Shown piece after piece: positions 1 through 8,539 of a stretch of DNA of 14,841 nt. The first letter of the stretch is position 1. Every line of letters starts with the position of its first letter. Under the pieces are notes generated by a model. That model had not been told where the DNA came from, did no database searches, and worked only from the letters and a program-made list of their open reading frames with translations. The DNA is taken from assembly GCA_945861645.1 (NCBI GenBank), contig CAMAVZ010000039.1, positions 1 to 14,841 of the forward strand, written 5' to 3'. Both the position numbers and the translations under genes were made by a program. Source of the DNA: Opitutus sp. GAS368. Lineage in GTDB: Bacteria; Verrucomicrobiota; Verrucomicrobiia; Opitutales; Opitutaceae.

Positions 1-1953
1 GCATTCATTCTAACAATGGCGGTCTGGGTCGCACCCTGCCAGTCGGCAGAAACTTCTCCCCGCGTGACGGTGGAAGAGTTTTTTGCTGAGCCAGACATTA
101 GGGGTTTACAAGTTTCACCTGATGGAAGCAAAGCTGCCTTCCTCACCACTTTAGCCACCGGCAAGGTGGGCATCGCTCTCATGCATCTAGATACTGGCAA
201 GGTTGAGCCGCTGGTGGGAGGAAAAGATGAAAACTATAAGAGCTTTTTTTGGAAAGGTAATGATTGGATCGTTTTCAGTGGTGATCTTGGCGGGAACGAA
301 TCGAGCGCTTTGCGCTCCATCAATCTCATCAAACGCAAGGTGATTGCGTTGGCTGATTCTTATGACGAACGCGTAGCCGAAGAAGCTAATTCCGCCGGCT
401 TGGTGGATGATCTGAAATTTGACCCCTACCGCTTGTTAGTTTCAGGTCCAAAAACGCGGGGGAGCTTTAATTATTCGCTTTGGAAACTTGATATTCGCAC
501 TGGCGAGCGCCGCGCCGCGCCAGGTTATGACCCCAAGGATGATACCAACGACCTAGCGATTGATAATGACGGAGTCGTCCGCGCTCGGAGCTATCTGCTG
601 GGCGATAAAACAATTTTTGAGGTGCGGCCGGAGGCCGAAAGCAGTTTTGTTAAGGTCGCGGAATTTCCCGCTAATAACCCCAAGTGGTCATTCCGCGGCT
701 TCGCTGCGGACAATGAAACTTTGTACATTATTACGACAGACCAGACGGACACCGGCGCGCTCCACACCCTCAACGTCCGCACGCAACAACTCAGCCCAGT
801 CCTGTTTCACACCCCCGCTGGCGAAATCAGCAGCGTGCTGACTTCGTGGGATCGGAGTAAATTTTACGGCGTTAGCTACGACACCGACAAACTCTATTAC
901 AGTTTTGCCGATCAAGGCCGCGCTGATCTCCAGCGCACGATCGATGCTTCGCTGCCGGGGACTCATAATACCATCCGCAGTATTTCGGCCGATGAAAAAA
1001 TCATGGCGGTGCTGGCTTCCAGCGATCGCGACCCAGGCACTTATTATATCCTCAATCTGCGGCAGCCCTCGCTCAAGATGATCGGGAAGATCAATGCCCG
1101 CATCAACCCCGCGCAGATGCGGCCGATGGAGCCGATCACCTATCAGGCCCGCGATGGCCTGAAGCTTCACGGCTACCTCACCCGACCAGCCGGGGCCGAA
1201 GGCCAAGCCGGTCCGCTCATTATTCATCCCCACGGCGGGCCCTATGGCCCGCGCGACGAATGGGGCTTCAATCCGGAAGTACAATTGCTCGCGAATCGCG
1301 GCTACAGCGTCTTGCAGGTTAATTTCCGCGGTTCGGGTGGCTATGGTTATTCATTTCAAAAAGCTGGCCAAAAGGAATGGGGCGGCAAAATGCAAGATGA
1401 CCTGAGTGATGGAGTGGCCTGGGCAATTGCGCAGGGCATTGCCGATCCCAATCGGGTCGCTATTTATGGCGCCAGTTATGGCGGCTATGCGGCGTTGGCG
1501 GGAGCCACGTTTACGCCCGAGCTCTATTGTTGCGCCATCAACTATGTAGGCGTGTCTGATCTCAACCTGATCACCAGTTGGGCGCGCGGTCGGCAGGGCC
1601 GAGACAGCGATATGTTTTACCGCGAGTGGGTGGGCGATGATCCGACCTACAAGCACGACCGCTCACCGGTTAATTTTGTCGAAAAAATCCGCGTCCCCAC
1701 CTTGCACGCTTACGGCTTCAATGACCCGCGGGTGGTCATTGAAAATTGGACTCGGCTAGAAGCCAAACTGAAGCAGTACGGCAAGACCTACGAAATTATC
1801 ATCAAAGATAACGAGGGCCATGGCTTCCGCAACGAAGCCGGCCGCATTGGCTACTACGCCAAACTGGAATCCTTCCTCGGCAAATATATGGACGGGAAAA
1901 ATCCGACCACCCGATTGGCCCCGATGAAAATTCTCGAGCTGCCGGCGCGCTGA
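1..1953 (+). CDS. S9 family (prolyl oligopeptidase / dipeptidyl aminopeptidase-acylaminoacyl peptidase-like) serine peptidase, probably exported; likely 5'-partial
   Basis: Nucleophile motif GASYGGY, HGGPYG oxyanion motif, NFRGSGGYG, catalytic Asp in NDPRV and His in EGHGF; N-terminal SPDG beta-propeller-like region. The frame is open from base 1 (AFILT-MAVWVAPCQS-AET looks like the end of a signal peptide), so the true start may lie upstream of the window. First in-window ATG is at 16. Confidence 0.93.
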   Translation, partial: AFILTMAVWVAPCQSAETSPRVTVEEFFAEPDIRGLQVSPDGSKAAFLTTLATGKVGIALMHLDTGKVEPLVGGKDENYKSFFWKGNDWIVFSGDLGGNESSALRSINLIKRKVIALADSYDERVAEEANSAGLVDDLKFDPYRLLVSGPKTRGSFNYSLWKLDIRTGERRAAPGYDPKDDTNDLAIDNDGVVRARSYLLGDKTIFEVRPEAESSFVKVAEFPANNPKWSFRGFAADNETLYIITTDQTDTGALHTLNVRTQQLSPVLFHTPAGEISSVLTSWDRSKFYGVSYDTDKLYYSFADQGRADLQRTIDASLPGTHNTIRSISADEKIMAVLASSDRDPGTYYILNLRQPSLKMIGKINARINPAQMRPMEPITYQARDGLKLHGYLTRPAGAEGQAGPLIIHPHGGPYGPRDEWGFNPEVQLLANRGYSVLQVNFRGSGGYGYSFQKAGQKEWGGKMQDDLSDGVAWAIAQGIADPNRVAIYGASYGGYAALAGATFTPELYCCAINYVGVSDLNLITSWARGRQGRDSDMFYREWVGDDPTYKHDRSPVNFVEKIRVPTLHAYGFNDPRVVIENWTRLEAKLKQYGKTYEIIIKDNEGHGFRNEAGRIGYYAKLESFLGKYMDGKNPTTRLAPMKILELPAR

Positions 1954-1994
1954 ACCGCGCCCGAATTCACTCATTCAAGCCTGAGGCGGCCAGC

Positions 1995-2480
1995 TCAGGG
2001 CAATTGAGTCTCCGCGACTTTCTTGGTTTGGGCGGTGCGATAATCATCGACCGCTTTTTTGGTCTTAGCATCACTCAAGGCGAGAATCGCCCCGGCGAAC
2101 AAGGCGGCATTAATGGCGCCAGGTTTACCAATCGCTAACGTTGCCACCGGAATACCGGCGGGCATTTGCACCATGGAGAGCAAAGAATCCATGCCCTTGA
2201 GCGAAGCTGATTCCATCGGCACACCGAGCACAGGGAGCGGCGTCAAAGCCGCGGCAACTCCGGCCAAGTGCGCGGCTCCGCCCGCCGCCGCGATGATCAC
2301 CTTCAGCCCACGGGCTTCCGCGCTGGTGCACCACTCGAAAGCCAAGTGAGGCGTGCGGTGCGCGCTGATGACGCGCTTCTCGTAGACCACGCCCAATTGA
2401 TCGAGCGTCTCCGCACAACGCTGCATTGTGGCCCAATCTGAGGCGCTACCCATGATGATTCCAACGGCTGGTTTTGACAT
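1995..2480 (-). CDS. purE: N5-carboxyaminoimidazole ribonucleotide mutase (class I PurE)
   Basis: [31 protein letters not shown] and [13 protein letters not shown] motifs. Start taken at ATG 2480 (MSKPAV, 161 aa) rather than the longer ORF-track start. Confidence 0.97.
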   Translation of the reverse strand: MSKPAVGIIMGSASDWATMQRCAETLDQLGVVYEKRVISAHRTPHLAFEWCTSAEARGLKVIIAAAGGAAHLAGVAAALTPLPVLGVPMESASLKGMDSLLSMVQMPAGIPVATLAIGKPGAINAALFAGAILALSDAKTKKAVDDYRTAQTKKVAETQLP

Positions 2481-2486
2481 AGCCGA

Positions 2487-2515
2487 AAAACAGATCAAAA
2501 AAACGAGCGGTGCAA
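2487..2515 (-). promoter_or_regulatory. Candidate sigma70-type promoter of purE (leaderless geometry)
   Basis: TTGCAC (2515-2510) starts exactly 35 nt before the ATG. The -10 position (TGTTTT) is a poor match. No Shine-Dalgarno sequence. Confidence 0.4.
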
Positions 2516-2532
2516 GTCATAGTTGCTCCGCT
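2497..2532 (-). terminator. Putative intrinsic terminator of the ECF/anti-sigma/RDD operon
   Basis: Minus strand AGCGG-A-GCAA-ctatgac-TTGC-A-CCGCT-cg-TTTTTTT: a 9-bp stem with one mismatch followed by T7, starting 20 nt after the stop at 2553. Confidence 0.65.
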
Positions 2533-2552
2533 TATTATTTTTAAATGATTTT

Positions 2553-4271
2553 CTAAATGAGCGGCGTGCCCTTCGGCACTTTGACGATCGTGGTGCCGGC
2601 AATTTTATCATGCCACGACTGCTTTTCGTCATCGAAGGCCACCCAGATAAAACCGAGGCCGGCGATCGCCAGAGAAAGAAAAGCGCTCAGCCCCCGCACC
2701 CCAGCCACGCTCCAAGTGACCGGCCGATCGTCCAACCGCACCACTTTGAGCCCGCAAATAATACCGCCAATTGTGGCGCCTTTCGTGGCCCACAAGCTAA
2801 TGCAATAAACCGCCAACCAAAACGGGAAAACCCCACCGAGACCCGGCCACACCCGATGCAGCAAACCAAGCGTCAGACTGACGACGACGGCATCGAGTAA
2901 AGTCGCGAGGAGGCGCGGCCAAAAACCAGCGCGCGGCAGAGTAGCGGCAGAAATAATTAAAGGCAAAGAGGCAACCAAGGGCACGGCCCCAGCGGCGGGT
3001 TCATCCACGGGCGACAACCCCAGAGCCGCCGTTTTTTTATTCTGCTGGTACGCGCGCAAGATCGTGTAGACCACCACGCCGAAACCCACGAGCCCGATCA
3101 GTTGATAGAGGATAAATCCAATCACTGGGACCGTGTAGAGCCCGAGGACAACCACTCCGCCCATCAAGACAGCGACTACAGGGCGATTGAGAGAGCTCGG
3201 CCGAAAAAATTTATTTAGCTGACGACCCAGCCAGGCCAACATGACGACTCGACCAAAAAGGCTGACGATAAATACGCCCAGCGCAAAGAGCGGCAGCAGG
3301 GCCAAGCCGATGACGATCAACACCGTCAGTGCAATTAAGACAAACGCCACCGGCGTGAGCAACCACGTCAGCACACCTGCTAACAAAGATTTGCCCGGCC
3401 GATCCTCGAGCGTCCGCACGCACTGTTCGACCGCGCTTGGCGCGGCCAAGGCCACAACCGCGTAGAAGCCTAAAGCGCCGAGCGCGAGCCACCACGCCCA
3501 AAGCAAGTTTGGCCCAAAGGCTAAGGGGCGCGCGTAGAGTAAGCATTGCGTCAACCAAGCCTGCAGACCCGCAAAGCCAGTCGCGCGACTCCCGATCGCG
3601 AGATTCCCAACCTTACCATTCACAACCGCGTGCGCATCGCGCGTTACGACACCCCCGATACAGGTGATATCACCATCCACGATCGCTGCCGGCCCGAGGT
3701 CGACATCACCGAGGATTGCGACCACGTCACCCTGCACGTGACCGTTAACATAATTATTACCTAGAATCGCCACAGCATCCCCGCCCACGGTGCCGCCGGT
3801 CACTCGCGTGTGGCCGAAAACCGAAACGACCGCATCCCCCACTTCTCCCGATGAAGTAGAAGAGCCAAACACCGAAACCACCGCATCGCCCACCTGCCCC
3901 GCGGAAGTGGAAGATCCAAATATAGAAACCACGGCTTCAGCTATCTCCCCGGCGGCCAAGGTGCTCGCGGAGCCGAAGACCGAAACAACGGCATCGTTGG
4001 TCGTCGTGGCGGATTTGCGGTCACTCCTGGAGGCGGCGGATATTTTATATTTCCCCTTCGCCCCATGTTTTTTAGGTTTTGCCAATTGCTCGGTGGCCTC
4101 GTTCTCCGGCGCGGTATCTGGCGCCACCGAGATGGCCGCGACTGGCGGTTCTGCGGACGGGGCGAGGGGCGTTGCTTCCGAGGCAGTTTCGGTTGCACGA
4201 AGTACGGGCCACCAGGTCAGCGCCGTGACTAAGCTGAGCGCAAAAATTTTACGGATTGATTTAGATTTCAT
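2553..4271 (-). CDS. Multidomain membrane protein: signal peptide, Pro/Ala/Lys-rich linker, bactofilin-like (polymer-forming) beta-repeats, multi-TM domain and C-terminal RDD domain
   Basis: N-terminus MKSKSIRKIFALSLVTALTWWPVLRA-TE; about 7 repeats of D-A-V-V-S-V-F-G type; about 5-6 hydrophobic helices; RDD signatures AGFWPRLLATLLD, GATIGGIICGLKVVRLDD and KQSWHDKIAGTTIV. Confidence 0.85.
   Translation of the reverse strand: MKSKSIRKIFALSLVTALTWWPVLRATETASEATPLAPSAEPPVAAISVAPDTAPENEATEQLAKPKKHGAKGKYKISAASRSDRKSATTTNDAVVSVFGSASTLAAGEIAEAVVSIFGSSTSAGQVGDAVVSVFGSSTSSGEVGDAVVSVFGHTRVTGGTVGGDAVAILGNNYVNGHVQGDVVAILGDVDLGPAAIVDGDITCIGGVVTRDAHAVVNGKVGNLAIGSRATGFAGLQAWLTQCLLYARPLAFGPNLLWAWWLALGALGFYAVVALAAPSAVEQCVRTLEDRPGKSLLAGVLTWLLTPVAFVLIALTVLIVIGLALLPLFALGVFIVSLFGRVVMLAWLGRQLNKFFRPSSLNRPVVAVLMGGVVVLGLYTVPVIGFILYQLIGLVGFGVVVYTILRAYQQNKKTAALGLSPVDEPAAGAVPLVASLPLIISAATLPRAGFWPRLLATLLDAVVVSLTLGLLHRVWPGLGGVFPFWLAVYCISLWATKGATIGGIICGLKVVRLDDRPVTWSVAGVRGLSAFLSLAIAGLGFIWVAFDDEKQSWHDKIAGTTIVKVPKGTPLI
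3615..3995 (-). repeat. Intragenic 17-19 aa tandem repeats (about 7 units), including a 51-bp DNA duplication
   Basis: DAVVSVFGSASTLAAGEIA / EAVVSIFGSSTSAGQVG / DAVVSVFGSSTSSGEVG / DAVVSVFGHTRVTGGTVGG / DAVAILGNNYVNGHVQG / DVVAILGDVDLGPAAIVDG / DITCIGGVVTRDAHAVVNG. DNA units 3813-3863 and 3864-3914 match at 41/51 by manual count. Confidence 0.9.
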
Positions 4272-4283
4272 GAGAATAAGTGA

Positions 4284-4748
4284 TTACTGATTATGATAAA
4301 GCAGGCGGTAAGCCGCCGCGCTGAGCCCAAAAAATGCAGCATAGAGTCCACTGATCACCGTCAGGCCGCCATAAAGCCATAGATTCGGAATCGTGTCGGC
4401 TTGATCGGCGCTGAATTGCGCGCACCATACAGCCACGTGATAGAGACGGGTGAAAACGCCTAGATACTGGCCGATCTGCAACGCCACGCCGCCCGCCTTC
4501 ACCGCGGCCAACCCGAGATGAAATCCCGCGAGCGTCGCGGCGGTTATACTGATGACTAAGACCAAAAGGCTAATCCGTGCGGCCAGCGGCCAGTAGGTCC
4601 ACGATTGCTGATACCACGCTAAGGGCGCTGGGCGCTGAAGCTGCGCCCAGACGCGTGTCTCCAGCGAAAGCGGCGCGCGCGGCACTGGCAACGTGCGTAA
4701 ATTTTGATCGATAAATTTTTCCAGTTCAGCGGGCGTCATTTTTTTCAT
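4284..4748 (-). CDS. Small membrane protein, putative anti-sigma factor
   Basis: Starts 8 bp after the ECF sigma stop. N-terminal LRTLPVPRAPLSLETRVWAQL resembles the sigma-binding helix of class I anti-sigma domains. Two clear hydrophobic helices, possibly three. No HxxxCxxC zinc motif. Confidence 0.7.
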   Translation of the reverse strand: MKKMTPAELEKFIDQNLRTLPVPRAPLSLETRVWAQLQRPAPLAWYQQSWTYWPLAARISLLVLVISITAATLAGFHLGLAAVKAGGVALQIGQYLGVFTRLYHVAVWCAQFSADQADTIPNLWLYGGLTVISGLYAAFFGLSAAAYRLLYHNQ

Positions 4749-4756
4749 AGCGCTTC

Positions 4757-5350
4757 TTAAGGTTGAAAGGGTTCATGGGACCGACCGCTGCGGAGCAGAA
4801 TTTTAGCGAGCGCCTCGCGCGCGCGGAGGATGTCGGTTTTTACTTTGCTGAGTGACACCCCGATCTGCCGCGCGATGGCCTCATAGGGGAGACTATCAAA
4901 ATGATAGAGCACGAGCGGCACGCGCTGATGATCGGGCAACTGAGCCAGCGCTCGCTCCACCCAGGCGCGCCGCTCCGCCGTATCCAAGCCCACAAAAAAT
5001 GTCTCAGGCGCAGGAAATTCGATCGCCACTTCGCTGCCCTCGCTGGTGGGTCGGACCAACTCGGAGAAAAAACGCCACCGCCGCCGATACCGCTGCAGAT
5101 GATTAAGCGATAGATTCGTCGCCACTGTCTTTAACCAACCACCCGCGGTGGGACTGGTGCGCAAATTTTCGAAATGCGCGTAGGCTTTTAAAAAAACTTC
5201 TTGGGCGATATCTTCGGCCGAGGTCGGATTACCCGTGAGCCGCACCGCGGTGGCGTATACCATGTCTTGGTAATTATGCATGAACACGGTGAAGTCAGCG
5301 GGCGGCATCATCCCCGGAGGGCCAGCTGGTATGGGGAAAGATTCATTCAC
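4757..5350 (-). CDS. ECF-subfamily RNA polymerase sigma-70 factor
   Basis: Region 2: AEDIAQEVFLKAY, WLKTVATNLSLNHLQR. Region 4.2: ALAQLPDHQRVPLVL, YEAIARQIGVSLSKVKTDILRAREAL. Start is either GTG 5350 (197 aa) or ATG 5311 (184 aa). The ORF-track start at 5590 overlaps putA and is unlikely. Confidence 0.95.
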   Translation of the reverse strand: MNESFPIPAGPPGMMPPADFTVFMHNYQDMVYATAVRLTGNPTSAEDIAQEVFLKAYAHFENLRTSPTAGGWLKTVATNLSLNHLQRYRRRWRFFSELVRPTSEGSEVAIEFPAPETFFVGLDTAERRAWVERALAQLPDHQRVPLVLYHFDSLPYEAIARQIGVSLSKVKTDILRAREALAKILLRSGRSHEPFQP

Positions 5351-5354
5351 GCTC

Positions 5355-5383
5355 AATACCCCGCAGGGCACGGCTAAGTTACA
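5355..5383 (-). promoter_or_regulatory. Candidate autoregulatory ECF promoter
   Basis: Minus strand TGTAAC-N17-GGTA-ttgagc-GTG. This resembles the AAC-containing -35 and CGTA-like -10 of SigW/SigX-type promoters and lies directly before the sigma gene. Confidence 0.55.
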
Positions 5384-5465
5384 AGATTTGTCAGTCCCGC
5401 CAAGCTTCCGTCGCCAATCGCCGACGACGGCCGGGGCTTTACTCCCTTTGGACCACCGGTCAGCC

Positions 5466-5494
5466 CTTGCCAAATTATGACACCGTGCAGAAGG
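5466..5494 (+). promoter_or_regulatory. Candidate sigma70-type promoter of putA
   Basis: TTGCCA-N17-GAAGGT, ending 19 nt before ATG 5514. The -10 match is weak. Confidence 0.3.
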
Positions 5495-5513
5495 TAGCTC
5501 AAAAATTGCGCCC

Positions 5514-8510
5514 ATGTCTACCTTCCTCACCCCTGACTTAACCCTCGAAGCGGCGATCCGCGCCAAAGGGGAACAGCTCTTCGCCCTCATGGACCAACAG
5601 CCCCTGCCCGCGCTGTTTTCTAAAAAAGGTGCTTACGCCCGCCTCATGGAGTGGTCGATGCAGGATCCGGCTTTTAAAACGCAGCTCTTTCGCTTCGTCG
5701 ATGTCCTGCCCTCCCTGAATAGCTCGGCCGAAATAGTTCGTCATCTTCAAGAATATCTCGGTGACCAGGCGGTCGCCCTCAATCCCGCGCTGAAGGTTGG
5801 GCTCGCCGCATCCTCTTTTGCCCCGGCCCTCGTCGCCGCGCCCGTCAAGGCGCAGATCGTCGACATGGCCGGCCAGTTCGTCGCCGGGGAAAGCGGCGAA
5901 GATCTCCTCCAGCAGATCAAAAAAAATAGTAAAGCGGGCCTCGCCACCACGATTGATCTGCTCGGCGAGGCGGTTGTGAATGAAGCCGAAGCGGATGTCT
6001 TTCTGCAAAGAAACCTCGAGATTCTCGACTCGGTGGCTAAATATTTAGCGCAGGAAAGCTCCCCCTGCTTCAGCGATATTGGACCGAACGGTCCGCTCCC
6101 GCGCCTCAATCTTTCCGTCAAAATCTCTGCGCTCACGCCGGAGGTGCATCCGGCCGACCCGGAAAATTCCATCGCGGCGCTGAAGCAACGCCTGCGCCCA
6201 ATTTTGCGCCGGGCGACGGCCGTCGGTGCGCTCATCAATTTTGATATGGAGAGCTACAAGCTGAAAGACCTCACGCTGCAGCTCTTTAAATCCATTTTTG
6301 AGGAACCCGAGTTCGCCCAGCAGCCCGCCATCGGCATCGCCCTGCAGGCCTACCTCCGCGATAGCGAGACTGATCTCCGCGATCTGATCGCTTGGGCGCG
6401 CAAAAATAATCGACCGCTCTCCGTCCGCCTCGTCAAGGGAGCTTACTGGGATTACGAAACCATTACGGCCCAGCAGCGCAACTGGCCGATCCCGGTCTGG
6501 CAAAAAAAACCGGAGTCCGATGCTAATTACGAAAAACTCACGCTCCTCCTGCTCGAGAACATCGACCTGATCACCCCTAATTTCGCCTCGCACAATGTTC
6601 GCTCTGTCGCCCACGCGATCGCGCAGGCTGAGCGCCTAGGCATCAATCCGCGAGCCTACGAATTTCAAGCGCTCTACGGCATGGCCGATGAATTAAAATT
6701 ATCCCTGCTCCAAATGGGCCACCGCGTGCGCGAATATTGTGCAATCGGCGAATTACTTCCCGGGATGGCTTATTTGGTCCGCCGTTTACTCGAGAACACT
6801 TCCAATGAAGGTTTCCTGCGCCTGAAAAATAGGGGTGAAGCAACCCAAGGCCAGCTTCTCGACAATCCAGTCAACGCCATTGCCGCTGCGGCCGAACCGC
6901 TCGCCCGGCCACCCCAGGCACCCGGCGTTTTTGCGAATGCAGCCAACACTGACTTCACTATCGCCGCCCACCGCGAGCAACAGCGCGCTGCGCTGGAAAA
7001 TTATACCGCGACGAAAATAGGAAAAAAGTGGCCAGTTATTATTAATGGAAAAAAAATAACCGACCGACCCTACCTCCCCTCGGTCAATCCGGCGCACCCC
7101 ACGCAAGTGGTCGGGTACTGGGCCAAAGGCACGGTGCAGGACGCCGATGACGCTGTCGCTGCTTCCGTCGCCTATTTTCCGCAATGGCGCGCTACGCCGG
7201 TTGAAGATCGGGCCGCCATTCTGCTGCGGGCGGCCGATCTTATGGAGGCGCGGCGCTACGAGATTAATGCGCTTCTCATTCTCGAAGCCGGCAAACCATG
7301 GGTCGAGGCCGACGGCGATCTTTCGGAGGCCATTGATTTTCTCCGCTTCTACGCGCTTGAGATGGTTAAACTCGCCCAGCCTGTCGTCACCCAAGCCGTG
7401 CCCGGCGAACGCTGCGTGCAGACTTGGACTCCGCGCGGCGTCGGTGTCGCGGTGGCCCCGTGGAATTTCCCGCTCGCGATTCTCACCGGGCTAACGGTTG
7501 CGCCGCTCGTGGCCGGAAATTGCGTGATCATCAAACCGGCGCGTCAAACCTCCATCATCGGCGCCCTGCTGATGGAAATCATGAGGGAAGCCGGCGTGCC
7601 CGCTGGCGCGCTGCACTTTCTCCCCTGCTCCGGAGCTGACGCCGGCGCCCATCTGGTCGCGCACCCGCAGGTTGATTTCATTGCGTTCACCGGTTCGCGC
7701 TCCGTTGGCTGCGACATCTATGAAACCGCCGGCAAAGTTCTCCCCGGCCAGCTGAATCTCAAAAAAGTGGTCTGTGAAATGGGCGGCAAGAACGCCCTGA
7801 TCATCGACAATGATGCCGACCTCGATGAGGCCATTCCTGCCGCGCTTTACAGCGCGTTCGGCTACGCGGGGCAGAAATGCTCCGCCCTTTCTCGCCTCAT
7901 CGTGCTAGAGGGCGTCTACGACAAATTTGTCGAACGCTTTCTCTCGGCCTGTCCGAGCTTCCCGATCGGCGACCCCGCCCTGCCCGGGACCATCGTCAAT
8001 CCCGTTATCGATGAGGCCGCGCTAAAATCTATCCTCGGTTACATCGAGGCCGGCAAGCAGGAGTGCCAGCTCGCGTGGCAGGCCAAGCTCTCGCCTGAGA
8101 TCCTCGCCAGCGGCGGCTACTACGTGCCGCCGACCGTGTTCACCGGTTGCAAGGTCGAGCACACGATCGTGCGAGAAGAAATCTTCGGCCCGGTCCTCGC
8201 CATCATGAAGGCGAAGGATCTGGACGAGGCCTTTGCCATGGTGAACGCCAGCGACTACGCGCTGACGGCGGGGATTTTCTCCCGCAGTCCGCGCTCGCTC
8301 GAACGCGCCCAGCAAGAAATTTTTACGGGAAATCTTTATCTTAACCGCGGCTGCACCGGCGCCATCGTCGAACGCCATCCCTTCGGCGGCTTCAAGATGT
8401 CAGGCGGCGGCACCAAGGCCGGCGGCAAAGCGTATCTCGAAAACTTTCTCTTCCCCCGACTGATTGCCGAGAATGTTATGCGCCGGGGCTTCACGCCGGA
8501 GGCAAGATAA
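5514..8510 (+). CDS. putA: Bifunctional proline dehydrogenase / L-glutamate gamma-semialdehyde (P5C) dehydrogenase
   Basis: PRODH motifs [31 protein letters not shown] and [15 protein letters not shown] motifs [33 protein letters not shown] and PFGGFKMSG. No N-terminal ribbon-helix-helix domain. Confidence 0.97.
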   Translation: MSTFLTPDLTLEAAIRAKGEQLFALMDQQPLPALFSKKGAYARLMEWSMQDPAFKTQLFRFVDVLPSLNSSAEIVRHLQEYLGDQAVALNPALKVGLAASSFAPALVAAPVKAQIVDMAGQFVAGESGEDLLQQIKKNSKAGLATTIDLLGEAVVNEAEADVFLQRNLEILDSVAKYLAQESSPCFSDIGPNGPLPRLNLSVKISALTPEVHPADPENSIAALKQRLRPILRRATAVGALINFDMESYKLKDLTLQLFKSIFEEPEFAQQPAIGIALQAYLRDSETDLRDLIAWARKNNRPLSVRLVKGAYWDYETITAQQRNWPIPVWQKKPESDANYEKLTLLLLENIDLITPNFASHNVRSVAHAIAQAERLGINPRAYEFQALYGMADELKLSLLQMGHRVREYCAIGELLPGMAYLVRRLLENTSNEGFLRLKNRGEATQGQLLDNPVNAIAAAAEPLARPPQAPGVFANAANTDFTIAAHREQQRAALENYTATKIGKKWPVIINGKKITDRPYLPSVNPAHPTQVVGYWAKGTVQDADDAVAASVAYFPQWRATPVEDRAAILLRAADLMEARRYEINALLILEAGKPWVEADGDLSEAIDFLRFYALEMVKLAQPVVTQAVPGERCVQTWTPRGVGVAVAPWNFPLAILTGLTVAPLVAGNCVIIKPARQTSIIGALLMEIMREAGVPAGALHFLPCSGADAGAHLVAHPQVDFIAFTGSRSVGCDIYETAGKVLPGQLNLKKVVCEMGGKNALIIDNDADLDEAIPAALYSAFGYAGQKCSALSRLIVLEGVYDKFVERFLSACPSFPIGDPALPGTIVNPVIDEAALKSILGYIEAGKQECQLAWQAKLSPEILASGGYYVPPTVFTGCKVEHTIVREEIFGPVLAIMKAKDLDEAFAMVNASDYALTAGIFSRSPRSLERAQQEIFTGNLYLNRGCTGAIVERHPFGGFKMSGGGTKAGGKAYLENFLFPRLIAENVMRRGFTPEAR

Positions 8511-8539
8511 ACCAGACTTACTAACCGAAGCCTCGTTAA

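Noticed and set aside
1980-1999. CCTGAG-N8-CTCAGG hairpin between the convergent peptidase and purE
   Set aside because: Only 6 bp, overlaps the purE stop and has no U-tract on either side; too weak to call a terminator.
3813-3938. Regularly spaced DNA repeats as a possible CRISPR array
   Set aside because: Units are contiguous, in frame and synonymous-divergent, with no unique spacers and no cas genes.
3790-4290. Plus-strand 166-aa ORF with TETTASPT repeats that looks mucin-like
   Set aside because: It is the antisense mirror of the repeats in the RDD protein.
5384-5465. Possible riboswitch or sRNA in the divergent sigma-putA spacer (CCGTCG...CGACGG dyad)
   Set aside because: Short GC-rich dyad with no recognisable RNA family motif, lying upstream of both candidate promoters.
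5351-5590. N-terminal extension of the ECF sigma in the 277-aa ORF
   Set aside because: It overlaps putA head-to-head and covers promoter-like sequence; the sigma domain begins after about 5311.
5538-8378. Minus-strand ORFs of up to 202 aa opposite putA
   Set aside because: Antisense shadows of a well-supported gene.
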